12,517 bases of DNA from a virus (lineage: Duplodnaviria > Heunggongvirae > Uroviricota > Caudoviricetes), in IMG/VR virus record IMGVR_UViG_2531839668_000004, positions 1-12,517 of that record. One strand, given 5' to 3'. Numbering within the stretch: the first letter of the stretch is position 1; every line of letters starts with the position of its first letter. A model generated the notes under the pieces. The model saw nothing but the letters and a program-made list of their open reading frames with translations, was not told where the DNA came from and searched no databases. Positions 1 to 7,533 of this stretch are shown piece after piece. Both the position numbers and the translations under genes were made by a program.

Positions 1-297
1 AGGAAAAATCCGTATTGCCGGAGATGATGGGCTGCCTGCGTGGGCAGATATTCCTCACCCACGCATGAAGAACTTATTGAAATTACTGAATCAGAAAGAC
101 AGCTACTAATTAACCAGGCCAACGAATACATGAACAGTAAGCAATGGCCCGGTAAAGCCGCTATTGGTCGTCTGAAAGATGATGAACTGGCGCAATATAA
201 TTTGTGGCTGGATTATCTGGACGCACTGGAGCTGGTCGATACTTCCGGTGCGCCAGATATTGAATGGCCTACGCCTCCGGCAGTTCAGGCCAGATGA
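1..297 (+). pseudogene. Second tail fibre assembly (Tfa) gene copy, convergent with tfa; 5' part lies beyond the window and the reading frame appears shifted near 60-75
   Basis: The 40..297 ORF (85 aa) ends ...LWLDYLDALELVDTSGAPDIEWPTPP, the same C-terminal motif as the minus-strand Tfa (...DTSTAPDVIWPELP). Its frame has a stop at 25-27, but the adjacent frame is open from the window edge (..GLPAWADIPHP..) and would join it across a single-base shift. 3' ends of the two tfa copies overlap at 269-297. Confidence 0.5.
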
Positions 298-871
298 CAT
301 CCGGCGCGGTGCTGGTATCTGTTGCCGTCACCGCGTCAATGTAATCCAGCACAGCGTTAAGGCGGGTTGTTTCTGCCTGCGTCAGTTTACGTCCGGCCTG
401 CAATTTCAGCTGAATCAGACTGATGGAGGCCATTGCAGTATCAATCAGCGACTGGCGCTGTGCTTCTGCTGCATCTACTGCTGCGCCGTGCTGTGCCTCG
501 GTATCCGTCACCCATTTCTCACCATCCCATTTATCGTATGGCGTTAACGGGGCGATAGTGGTTGTATTATCAGGGTAATCACCCGGAGCTGTGATTTCTT
601 TTGATTCCCCTGTTTCGGTGCTAAAAACGATTTCACCGCGATGGTCTGGCATATATTCCCATGATTTTAAATCTGCTGAACGGCAGATAGTATAACCAGC
701 CTTATATGTACCAGGAGCATCTAAACAGGAATACGCCGGAATACCGACACCCACAACAAGATATTCGGTTGATGTGGAAAGATATTCCTTCGTCTCAGCA
801 TCAAAATTATAAACGGTAATGTTTCCTGCCTTTGTAGTAATGAGTTCGCTATTTAATACGGCTTTATTCAT
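269..871 (-). CDS. tfa: Tail fibre assembly protein (P2 gpG / Tfa family)
   Basis: 200-aa ORF directly downstream of the tail fibre gene; start overlaps H stop (ATGA). C-terminus ...RLNAVLDYIDAVTATDTSTAPDVIWPELPEA matches the conserved Tfa C-terminal motif of enterobacterial phages. Confidence 0.9.
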   Translation of the reverse strand: MNKAVLNSELITTKAGNITVYNFDAETKEYLSTSTEYLVVGVGIPAYSCLDAPGTYKAGYTICRSADLKSWEYMPDHRGEIVFSTETGESKEITAPGDYPDNTTTIAPLTPYDKWDGEKWVTDTEAQHGAAVDAAEAQRQSLIDTAMASISLIQLKLQAGRKLTQAETTRLNAVLDYIDAVTATDTSTAPDVIWPELPEA

Positions 872-2355
872 CAGGCTGCCCTCACGATATAGTTAAATGC
901 GACGTTGCGCGGCCGGGTTTCAGAACCACCAACCGATACCGTAGAAATTGAATTTGCCGTAATAAGTTCCCCGAAAGCATCAGCCGTAACTACGAACCGA
1001 CCTCCCGTTGGATCAAAACTTTTTAGCGCATAGTACTGGTCAAACCAGTGCCCATGAGAAGCAAATAAATGGTCTTGAGATGTCAACAAACCACGAGAGG
1101 AATCCACCCCGCGCCCATCATCCCATCCACGAATAAATTCACCGCGTAAATCAGGCAATTTATTTGTCGGGTAAGCCTTTGCCAGTTCCGGGTATTCTTC
1201 AGCAGAAAAAGCCGCACCATTGCATTTCAACCAGCCTGTTGGCGGAGTGGCTGAAGGCCACGGAACAGGCACCCCAACAGGTAATGCTGAGCCTTCTCCC
1301 AAACCAAGGTATGTGAGAAGACCAGCTACATCCTTTCCACTCAAATTAGTCAGCGTATTGTCCAGCGGTTGTTTACCTGCCAGCGCATTAAGCATTGTCG
1401 TGGCAAAGTTCGGGTCATTCCCCAGAGCTGCCGCCAGTTCGTTCAGTGTATCCAGTGCCGCAGGTGCAGAACCCACCATTGCCGCAATCGCCGATTTCAC
1501 AAATGCCGTGGTGGCAATCTGTGTATTGTTGACCGACTGTGCCGCCGTGGGGGCTGTTGGCGTTCCGGTGAGTGCCGGACTCGACAACGGTGCTTTTAGT
1601 GCCAGCGCATTGTTAATGGTGGTACTGAAATTCGGATCATTGTTAATGGCTGCGGCTATTTCTTTCAGCGTGTCCAGCGTGGCTGGCGCACCATTAATAA
1701 GGGCCGTCAGTGCCGCCTGTACAAACGCAGTGGTCGCAACCTGCGTGGTATTATTCCCCGCCGCTGGCGTTGGCGCTTTGGGGGTTCCGGTAAATGTCGG
1801 GCTGGCTTTTGGCGCGTACTGTGAATGCGGGTCCGGTGCGGCAAGATGTTTTGCCATCTGATCATCCGCGTACACCTTCAGCTCCAGTGCCTTGTCATCC
1901 ACATACTTGCGAGTTGCCAGCACTACAGCAGGGTCGATTTTCAGGGTGATATTGTCCGTGCTGCTGGTAATCAGCACCATGCGCACGGTCTGAGTGCGCC
2001 CGCTACCTTCAGCCAGTTGCGGCTTATAGCTTTCCGGGCAGTTGCCCACGGCAATCAATGCCCCGGACTCATCAAACAAGCCCACTTCACGTATCCACCA
2101 ACCGCCCTCGTTTTCAGGGATCACCTGTTCGGCAATAATCTGGCTGCTGTTCTGCGGGTCGATATAAAGCATATTCAGCGCAGCCCGGCGTTTCTCATTT
2201 ACCAGTGCCGTCTGCTTTGCGTCCGGCGTTGGCAATACTCCACCGCCATCGCCCACCGCCATATGGGTAATTTTTAGCGGCACACCGAGCGCGGCGGCGC
2301 TGGCAAGTTTCGCCGCGCCAATATCCGTCAGCAGGGTATAAAATTTTGTGCTCAT
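871..2355 (-). CDS. H: Tail fibre protein (P2 gpH-like): conserved N-terminal domain, duplicated Ala-rich shaft repeat, variable receptor-binding C-terminus
   Basis: 494-aa ORF. N-terminus MSTKFYTLLTDIGAAKLA...MAVGDGGG...ESYKPQLAEGSGR resembles the P2 H N-terminal domain. Internal ..ATTAFV..DTLNELAAALGNDPNFATT..NALAGKQP repeat and C-terminal ...ETRPRNVAFNYIVRAA are typical of side tail fibres. Start overlaps I stop. Confidence 0.9.
   Translation of the reverse strand: MSTKFYTLLTDIGAAKLASAAALGVPLKITHMAVGDGGGVLPTPDAKQTALVNEKRRAALNMLYIDPQNSSQIIAEQVIPENEGGWWIREVGLFDESGALIAVGNCPESYKPQLAEGSGRTQTVRMVLITSSTDNITLKIDPAVVLATRKYVDDKALELKVYADDQMAKHLAAPDPHSQYAPKASPTFTGTPKAPTPAAGNNTTQVATTAFVQAALTALINGAPATLDTLKEIAAAINNDPNFSTTINNALALKAPLSSPALTGTPTAPTAAQSVNNTQIATTAFVKSAIAAMVGSAPAALDTLNELAAALGNDPNFATTMLNALAGKQPLDNTLTNLSGKDVAGLLTYLGLGEGSALPVGVPVPWPSATPPTGWLKCNGAAFSAEEYPELAKAYPTNKLPDLRGEFIRGWDDGRGVDSSRGLLTSQDHLFASHGHWFDQYYALKSFDPTGGRFVVTADAFGELITANSISTVSVGGSETRPRNVAFNYIVRAA
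1294..1319. other. Candidate serine-invertase crossover site (hix/gix/cix-like 26-bp imperfect palindrome) inside gene H
   Basis: TTCTCCCAAACCAAGGTATGTGAGAA has the AAACC-AAGGT core and TTCT...AGAA flanks of Hin/Gin/Cin/Pin sites, about 19 of 26 positions matching hixL as I recall it. It encodes LTYLGLGEG at the boundary between the conserved and variable parts of H. Confidence 0.5.
1385..1790. repeat. Diverged tandem duplication (two units of about 200 bp) inside H encoding the repeated Ala/Thr-rich shaft motif
   Basis: Protein repeats TQVATTAFVQAALTALINGAPATLDTLKEIAAAINNDPNFSTTINNALALKAP and TQIATTAFVKSAIAAMVGSAPAALDTLNELAAALGNDPNFATTMLNALAGKQP; the corresponding DNA segments are visibly similar. 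Boundaries approximate. Confidence 0.5.
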
Positions 2356-2957
2356 GGATTCACTCTCATTGTGTCAATAACATGGACCGCCCCGCCTTCA
2401 TGCGCGGTGCCACCGGAAATAATCGTTTCGTTGATATACGGATAGATCGTGATTTCTTCGCCAAGATAGCTGGCGGCTCCCACCCAATGCGGGCCGCTGG
2501 TCTGCAGATTGATGGACATGCCGATCATGTGGCGGCTACATGGTTTGGCATCGCTTATCAGTCGCTCAAGTTCCAGATAGGTATCTTCAGTGATGCCCTG
2601 GTCCTGCACGCCGATATCCAGGCGAAACGTGCCCGGTGTTTCTCCGGTCTGCCACCACTCAATAATGCGGATCAGGAATCCGAACGGCTCCACCACCCGC
2701 CGCACGGCACTGGTGGTCCCTTTATGCTGATGAATATAAAAAGCATCCTTCACCACCTGGCGCTTGACGCTTTCTGTCCAGCCCTCGTCCCAGCGATCCA
2801 CAGAGAACGCCCAGGCGAGATAAGGCAGGAAACTGACCGGACAGGTTGCCGGATTCCACAAGTCACGAAGCGGCACCTGCAGATCAGAAATCCCGCTGCA
2901 GGTTTGCGCCAGTCGGCGCTCCAGTGGTGTTGAACCCGGTGGCAGCAGACTATTCAT
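2352..2957 (-). CDS. I: Baseplate assembly / tail protein I (P2 gpI-like)
   Basis: 201-aa ORF between J and H in P2 order; overlaps J stop and H start, indicating translational coupling. Assignment is by position and size. Confidence 0.85.
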   Translation of the reverse strand: MNSLLPPGSTPLERRLAQTCSGISDLQVPLRDLWNPATCPVSFLPYLAWAFSVDRWDEGWTESVKRQVVKDAFYIHQHKGTTSAVRRVVEPFGFLIRIIEWWQTGETPGTFRLDIGVQDQGITEDTYLELERLISDAKPCSRHMIGMSINLQTSGPHWVGAASYLGEEITIYPYINETIISGGTAHEGGAVHVIDTMRVNP

Positions 2958-3858
2958 CCGTTCCTCCGTTGGTTACGCTCCACTGCGTACATGATGCCGC
3001 CTGTGTTTTGTTCAGGACCACATCCGCCAGAGGAGAAGCCAGCTCCACACGCTGCACCCCCTCAACATGCAGGGCGGCAAAGATGGCGCTACGGCGAATA
3101 TCCCGACCAAGACGCGTCTGACTGGCGATGTACTTCTGCAGGCTGGCTTTTGCCGCTGCCATTACCGGCTCTGCTTCCGGTCCAGGATAGAGAAAAATGG
3201 TGGCTTCCACGCGATACGGGATGATTTCTGCGCTGCGAACCGTCAGACGGTCAGCCACCGGGCGGACGTTCTCACTGTTCAGAGCTTTTTCCACCACGTC
3301 CAGCAGGTCTTTTTCTGCAGTTCCATCGCCTTCGCGGCTAAGGACAGTCAGCACCACCTCTGCAGGTGCCGGGCTGGTTGCACTGGCATCCGCCACCCGA
3401 CCGTCGGCGCTTCGGGCATGAAATTCATAAGCTGCAGTTGGCCCCGCAACAGAAAGCCCTTCAAAGGCTGCAGGCACACGCAGGCGCAACGCTTCATCGC
3501 TTTCCATCACAGCTGCAACCGGCGGCACAGCATCATTATCAGCAGGCGTCACCGTCAGGCGTGTCACGTTGTAGTTGGCAGCGAGCTGGTCAAGATCGCC
3601 GCCCATCGCGTAAGCCACCATCACCGCCTGCGCGGCTTCGTTAATGCGCTGGCGCAGAAGCAACTCACGGTAAGCGTTCTCCTGCAACAATTTAGTGGCG
3701 GGTTCAGATTCCAGTTCCAGCGTGCGGATCACTGCTTCCTGCTCATCTTTCGGATGAAGCGCCACAAATTCTGCCTTGCGTTCGGCAAGCAGCGTCTCAA
3801 AGTCCGGCACATCCACAATCTGCGGTGCAGGCAACTGTGAAAGGTCAATCACTGCCAT
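2950..3858 (-). CDS. J: Baseplate assembly protein J (P2 gpJ-like)
   Basis: ORF track gives 2950..3897, but the likely start is the internal ATG (MAVIDLSQLPAPQ...) at 3858, preceded by an AGGAG ribosome-binding site and giving 302 aa, the size I recall for P2 gpJ. The longer version would overlap W. Confidence 0.85.
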   Translation of the reverse strand: MAVIDLSQLPAPQIVDVPDFETLLAERKAEFVALHPKDEQEAVIRTLELESEPATKLLQENAYRELLLRQRINEAAQAVMVAYAMGGDLDQLAANYNVTRLTVTPADNDAVPPVAAVMESDEALRLRVPAAFEGLSVAGPTAAYEFHARSADGRVADASATSPAPAEVVLTVLSREGDGTAEKDLLDVVEKALNSENVRPVADRLTVRSAEIIPYRVEATIFLYPGPEAEPVMAAAKASLQKYIASQTRLGRDIRRSAIFAALHVEGVQRVELASPLADVVLNKTQAASCTQWSVTNGGTDE

Positions 3859-4204
3859 TCTCTGCTCCTGTTGATACGGAAAGGGACACAGGCACACCGT
3901 TATTCCGCCGCCCGGTCAGCTCCACCACCATTGAACCGTCAAAATTGCTGTTGATGGTGATGGAATCCAGCGTCAACCGTGGCTCCCAGCGACTCAGCGC
4001 CACATACACTGCCGACATGACCTGCAGGCGTAATGCCGGATTTTGTGGCTGATCTATCAGTGCCGACAGCAGGGAACCATATTCCCGGCGGGCAATACGG
4101 CTACCCTGCGGTGTCAGCAGAATGTCCCGCACCGACTGGCGCAGATGATCAATATCAGTAATGACTTTGCCGCTGGTATTGTTCATCCCGCTATAAAGCG
4201 TCAT
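3845..4204 (-). CDS. W: Baseplate wedge protein W (GPW/gp25 family)
   Basis: 119-aa ORF between V and J; start overlaps V stop (ATGA). Size and position match P2 gpW. Confidence 0.85.
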   Translation of the reverse strand: MTLYSGMNNTSGKVITDIDHLRQSVRDILLTPQGSRIARREYGSLLSALIDQPQNPALRLQVMSAVYVALSRWEPRLTLDSITINSNFDGSMVVELTGRRNNGVPVSLSVSTGAENGSD

Positions 4205-4779
4205 ACCGGGCCTCCGGTTGTATCGCCGCCTTTCAGGACGCCAGTATGCTGATGCGCATCAACCACGATCCCGTTAGAACTCATCGCTCCGCCGCCCTGG
4301 ATAACGCCACCATTGATCACCACTTCGCTGTTAATACGCGTGCGGTCAGCCTCCAGTACAAACTCACTGGTTTTCATGGTGATGTTGTCAGCAGCCTCAA
4401 TGACCATTGATTTGATGCCCCTGACATACCAGCGCCCGGTGGCGGGTTCGTATTCAAACCAGCCACCGTCAGGATGTTCTGTCACGCAGGCGTCCGCCGA
4501 CGTCGACGGTGGTGCGAACTGATTCGAATAGACAGCGGGCAGCGCAAAGGCGGTTTCCAGATTGCCGCCCAGACTCAGCAGCACCACCTGCTCACCTTCC
4601 GATGGTCGCCACCATGTACGGGCATTCCCGGCACGCAGCGTCAGCCAGCTGATCCAGTTGGTTTCAAGCTCGCCCGTTTTCACCCGGCAAAGCCAGTTTT
4701 CCCGGTCCACTTCGGTGACTACCCCTGTGCGGATCAGGTTGGTGATAAGGCGCATGATTTCGGTTAATTGTGCGTTCAT
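4201..4779 (-). CDS. V: Baseplate central spike / assembly protein V (P2 gpV-like)
   Basis: 192-aa ORF; N-terminus MNAQLTEIMRLITNLIRTGVVTEVD resembles the P2 gpV N-terminus as I recall it. First gene after a 68-bp intergenic gap. Confidence 0.85.
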   Translation of the reverse strand: MNAQLTEIMRLITNLIRTGVVTEVDRENWLCRVKTGELETNWISWLTLRAGNARTWWRPSEGEQVVLLSLGGNLETAFALPAVYSNQFAPPSTSADACVTEHPDGGWFEYEPATGRWYVRGIKSMVIEAADNITMKTSEFVLEADRTRINSEVVINGGVIQGGGAMSSNGIVVDAHQHTGVLKGGDTTGGPV

Positions 4780-4825
4780 AGGGAAAGGTTGCCATCAGAG
4801 GAAGAAAGGCGGCAGTGCTGCAACT

Positions 4826-4843
4826 TGTATCAGTGCTGATACA
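4826..4843 (-). promoter_or_regulatory. TGT-N12-ACA dyad in the S-V intergenic region; candidate Ogr/Delta-type late-activator site of promoter P_V
   Basis: TGTATCAGTGCTGATACA: perfect 9-bp arms of dyad symmetry, 5 nt after the S stop and about 55 bp before the V start codon. P2-like late promoters carry a TGT-N12-ACA element, and P2 has a late promoter in front of V. No clear -10 hexamer seen, and the spacing to the ATG leaves little leader. Confidence 0.4.
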
Positions 4844-4847
4844 AAGA

Positions 4848-5294
4848 TCACCCCGCCAGCCATTGCAGAATCATGTCGCGGGTCATTGCCTCAACATCAT
4901 CATTTACACCCAGAAGGCGACGCTCTGCGTAACGCACCTCCGGTCCCTTACGACTGACGCGATCTCGCAGGCCGTAATGGTGAACGCGGGCAATGCGCTG
5001 CACCTTGCCTTTAAACTGCACGCTGGCAGAGTCGGTGCTGGCGGCAGTTTTCAGGTATTTTGTGGTGCGCAGCTTTGCAAACATCTGACGTTTGATACGG
5101 CCTTTTTTACTGCGTGCTGTTACCCGTCGCGGTTCATAGCTGCTGCCGTCAGGGTTGCGCTGCATCCTGATATTCTGCTGCTGTGTCCGGCGAAGTTCCT
5201 GCGCCAGCTGGCGCATCATGCGGCTTCTCGAGGCTGGTTCCAGATTCGCCAGCAAGGCACTCAGCCAGTCGTCCACCTTCTGCAGTTCAGCCAC
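4848..5294 (-). CDS. S: Tail completion protein S (P2 gpS-like virion morphogenesis protein)
   Basis: 148-aa ORF downstream of R with an 8-bp overlap; size and position match P2 gpS. Confidence 0.85.
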   Translation of the reverse strand: MAELQKVDDWLSALLANLEPASRSRMMRQLAQELRRTQQQNIRMQRNPDGSSYEPRRVTARSKKGRIKRQMFAKLRTTKYLKTAASTDSASVQFKGKVQRIARVHHYGLRDRVSRKGPEVRYAERRLLGVNDDVEAMTRDMILQWLAG

Positions 5295-5739
5295 GTTTCA
5301 CCGTCCACATTTCTTCAGGTGCATCAGGTTCCGCTATAGCTTCAACGCTCGACACACTGCCGTCAGTGCTGACCAGCACACGTTCCGTCAGTTGCAGGTT
5401 CAGGCTGATATCACAGACATCGTTGCGCAGAATATCCACCTCAAAGGTGAATAGCTTTTCCCGTAACGCCGGGTTATTGATGGCATCGGGCTGGTTATCC
5501 CTCAGCCACAGCAAAACCGGGGCCATCAGCAGATTCTGGTCGCCGCTGAAATCTTCAATCACCGCGTTCAGGGTGTAACGGTACTCCCACGACATGGAGC
5601 TGGCCCCCGTGGCAACCAGCGAACCGTTATCCACAAACAGATGCAGTTTGTCCGGGTTATTGCGGACATAAGGCACCGCTTTATTGAGGGCGTGGCGCAG
5701 GGATTGTGGTTTGTTCACTGTTTCGCTCCTGACACGCAA
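5287..5739 (-). CDS. R: Tail completion protein R (P2 gpR-like)
   Basis: 150-aa ORF; size and position between the lysis genes and S match P2 gpR. Confidence 0.85.
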   Translation of the reverse strand: MRVRSETVNKPQSLRHALNKAVPYVRNNPDKLHLFVDNGSLVATGASSMSWEYRYTLNAVIEDFSGDQNLLMAPVLLWLRDNQPDAINNPALREKLFTFEVDILRNDVCDISLNLQLTERVLVSTDGSVSSVEAIAEPDAPEEMWTVKRG

Positions 5740-5971
5740 TAATCATGTCCACTTTGTCTGCACAGACCGCCCAGGCGGCCTCCGTTTCATCCAGCAACGC
5801 GTTCAGATCACCGTTAGTGCGCGGCGCTGCCTGATCCAGCCGACACGGCGTCACTCGCGGACAACCACTGACGGTAAGCTGCACCTCCGGTGAGCGTCGG
5901 ACGTTCCCGCAGCCGGATAATGTCAGCAGGCAAAGGAGTATCAGCCCAGCGGCGTAAATCCTCGTTCTCAC
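5681..5971 (-). CDS. lysC: Outer-membrane spanin lipoprotein (P2 LysC / Rz1-like), starting inside lysB in another frame
   Basis: 96 aa; N-terminus MRTRIYAAGLILLCLLTLSGC is a signal peptide with a lipobox (LSGC), followed by a Pro-rich region. The ORF starts within lysB and runs past its stop into the 5' end of R. Confidence 0.75.
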   Translation of the reverse strand: MRTRIYAAGLILLCLLTLSGCGNVRRSPEVQLTVSGCPRVTPCRLDQAAPRTNGDLNALLDETEAAWAVCADKVDMIIACQERNSEQTTIPAPRPQ

Positions 5972-6242
5972 GTTTCAGTTCCTCAATCCGATGTTGTCGT
6001 TGTCTCAGCAGCGCGCTGGTCTGTTCTGCTTCGGCATAGAGCCGCGCCTGCTCCCGGTTATTGGTTTCAGTCAGAATGGACAGGCTGATAAGCTGGCTGT
6101 TGCTCTTTGCCAGTGCCTGGCTTTTGCTCCGCAGCTCGTCTGCCTGCGTGCTGATGGTCTGGCTGGCATCAGCCAGCCGCCACGTCTGCCAGCCCAGCGA
6201 CGCCAGTAATAACGCCAGCACAACCAGCAGCAACCGGTTCAT
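5814..6242 (-). CDS. lysB: Inner-membrane spanin (P2 LysB / Rz-like)
   Basis: 142 aa; N-terminal transmembrane segment MNRLLLVVLALLLASLGWQ followed by a charged, coiled-coil-like region (EELKRENEDLRRW). Start overlaps lysA stop. Confidence 0.8.
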   Translation of the reverse strand: MNRLLLVVLALLLASLGWQTWRLADASQTISTQADELRSKSQALAKSNSQLISLSILTETNNREQARLYAEAEQTSALLRQRQHRIEELKRENEDLRRWADTPLPADIIRLRERPTLTGGAAYRQWLSASDAVSAGSGSAAH

Positions 6243-6616
6243 GCTGCTACCTGTTGCGCCATCTGGTTACGAGTGATCCAGAAGGCAATAACGGTCAGCA
6301 GATAAAAGACCAGGGTAATGGCCCACCCCGTCCAGGCGAGACTTACGACAATCAGCAATCGCATAACCCAGCTGATAAATACGTTTTCTTTTCGGGTAAT
6401 GCTCTTCAGCAAAGATGCCCTCAACTCCTGCCAGAGCGGGCCGTTCTTAATTAACGCAACCAGTGCTACCGGAATTGCCCCCCATGTCAGCAGGCAGGCT
6501 ACCCAGACACCGGACGCTGCCAGTACCGGAAAAATCCCCTGCGGATACACCATTGCTGCGATTAACAGCGCCATCCATAACATCAGAAACAGTCCGCTGA
6601 TTAATTTCTTTTTCAT
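6239..6616 (-). CDS. lysA: LysA-like membrane protein of the lysis cassette
   Basis: ORF track gives 6239..6688; the likely start is the ATG at 6616 (MKKKLISGLFLMLWMALLIAAMV...), one nt after the K stop with a GGGAG ribosome-binding site. Several hydrophobic helices; sits between K and lysB as in P2. Confidence 0.75.
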   Translation of the reverse strand: MKKKLISGLFLMLWMALLIAAMVYPQGIFPVLAASGVWVACLLTWGAIPVALVALIKNGPLWQELRASLLKSITRKENVFISWVMRLLIVVSLAWTGWAITLVFYLLTVIAFWITRNQMAQQVAA

Positions 6617-6617
6617 T

Positions 6618-7130
6618 TCAGTTTGCTCCCTGTAAACACCAGGCCATCTCCCGCGCACGGCGGTTATCCAGCCCCTGATTAAACACACCTTTTACATAAA
6701 CCCAGCGCGGCAACTGTCGGCACGCATCCGCCCAGCGCCGCTGATTGAGCAATTTCACCAGCGTGGAGCTGCAGGCATTGCCCGTCCCCACGTTGAAGGC
6801 AAACGACACCGTAGCGTCATACACCTTCTGTGGTGGCTGTTGCTTCACACACCTTTCCAGTGCCCGCTCCACACGCAGCACGTTGGAGATCAGCCCTTCT
6901 GCTGCCTGTCGTTCCGTGATTGTTTTGCCGGGAATGACGCCCGATGTATTACCAATGCCGTCGGTCCAGACACCCGCGCTGCACTGATACGGCTGCAGAC
7001 GACAGCCTTCGTAATCGGCAATCAGTTTCAGCCCCTCCACGGAGGTGTGAAGCTGCTGAAAACCCGGCAGCGTGGCAGCAATAGCCAGCACAGCCCCGAC
7101 AAGGCAGCGTTTAACGATTGATGGATTCAT
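6618..7130 (-). CDS. K: Endolysin (T4-lysozyme-like muramidase) with an N-terminal signal-arrest-release (SAR) type anchor; P1 Lyz-like
   Basis: 170 aa; weakly hydrophobic Gly/Ala-rich N-terminus MNPSIVKRCLVGAVLAIAATLPGF, then EGCRLQPYQCSAGVWTDGIGNT, i.e. an E-x8-C-x5-T catalytic motif closely resembling the P1 Lyz sequence as I recall it. Confidence 0.85.
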   Translation of the reverse strand: MNPSIVKRCLVGAVLAIAATLPGFQQLHTSVEGLKLIADYEGCRLQPYQCSAGVWTDGIGNTSGVIPGKTITERQAAEGLISNVLRVERALERCVKQQPPQKVYDATVSFAFNVGTGNACSSTLVKLLNQRRWADACRQLPRWVYVKGVFNQGLDNRRAREMAWCLQGAN

Positions 7131-7326
7131 AGTCCTCCCGCGAGATCTGCCCGTCGCGCAGAAGCTGGTAGGCTTTGTGTTTGTAGTACCAGTTGATAGC
7201 CAGCATCAGCACACCGATCATCAGGCCGCCCAGCGTTGAGGCATCCTTGATGGACAAATCGCCCAGCCAGGCCAGCACGACGGCGATGCAATACGTGATA
7301 AAGGCGCTGATTCGCTCAAGCGTCAT
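7111..7326 (-). CDS. Y: Holin (small two-transmembrane holin, pinholin-sized), P2 gpY position
   Basis: 71 aa with two hydrophobic helices (ISAFITYCIAVVLAWLG and LGGLMIGVLMLAINWYY) and a charged C-terminus; immediately upstream of, and overlapping, the endolysin gene. Confidence 0.8.
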   Translation of the reverse strand: MTLERISAFITYCIAVVLAWLGDLSIKDASTLGGLMIGVLMLAINWYYKHKAYQLLRDGQISREDYESINR

Positions 7327-7329
7327 AAT

Positions 7330-7533
7330 TCAGTCCCATAGCTGGACGGTCTGCACGGTGGTGGTTGTCGGAATGTCCGGCAGCTCCACCTGCAGCCCGT
7401 GAGGTAAAAAGGGGCCGTATTCGGCAAGCCCCGGATTTGCCTTCAGTACCTGCTCCGTGACACCCTGCGTGCGCCCGTAATGACGCCAGCAAAGCGCGTC
7501 CACCGTGTCATACTGATGCGCACGCACTTTCAT
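7330..7533 (-). CDS. X: Tail protein X (P2 gpX-like, LysM-like)
   Basis: 67 aa, the size of P2 gpX; MKVRAHQYDTVDALCWRHYGRTQGV...ANPGLAEYGPFLPHGLQVELPD resembles gpX as I recall it. Confidence 0.85.
   Translation of the reverse strand: MKVRAHQYDTVDALCWRHYGRTQGVTEQVLKANPGLAEYGPFLPHGLQVELPDIPTTTTVQTVQLWD

Noticed and set aside
1220-1861. 213-aa Ala-rich plus-strand ORF (and the 1369..1599 Cys/Arg-rich ORF)
   Set aside because: Both lie antisense to the tail fibre gene H within its GC-rich repeat region; composition artefacts of the opposite strand, with no independent start signals.
2346-3840. Plus-strand ORFs 2346..2933 and 3067..3840
   Set aside because: Antisense to baseplate genes I and J; Arg/Cys/His-rich translations typical of the wrong strand of GC-rich coding DNA.
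3859-3897. ORF-track N-terminal extensions of J (to 3897), lysA (to 6688), L (to 8060) and the membrane protein (to 11272)
   Set aside because: Each extension overlaps the upstream gene, and an internal ATG with a better ribosome-binding site gives a length closer to the P2 homologue, so the shorter starts were preferred.
4815-5339. 174-aa plus-strand ORF, with 5155..5454 and 5183..5578
   Set aside because: Antisense to the S and R tail completion genes; no ribosome-binding site and no recognisable sequence features.
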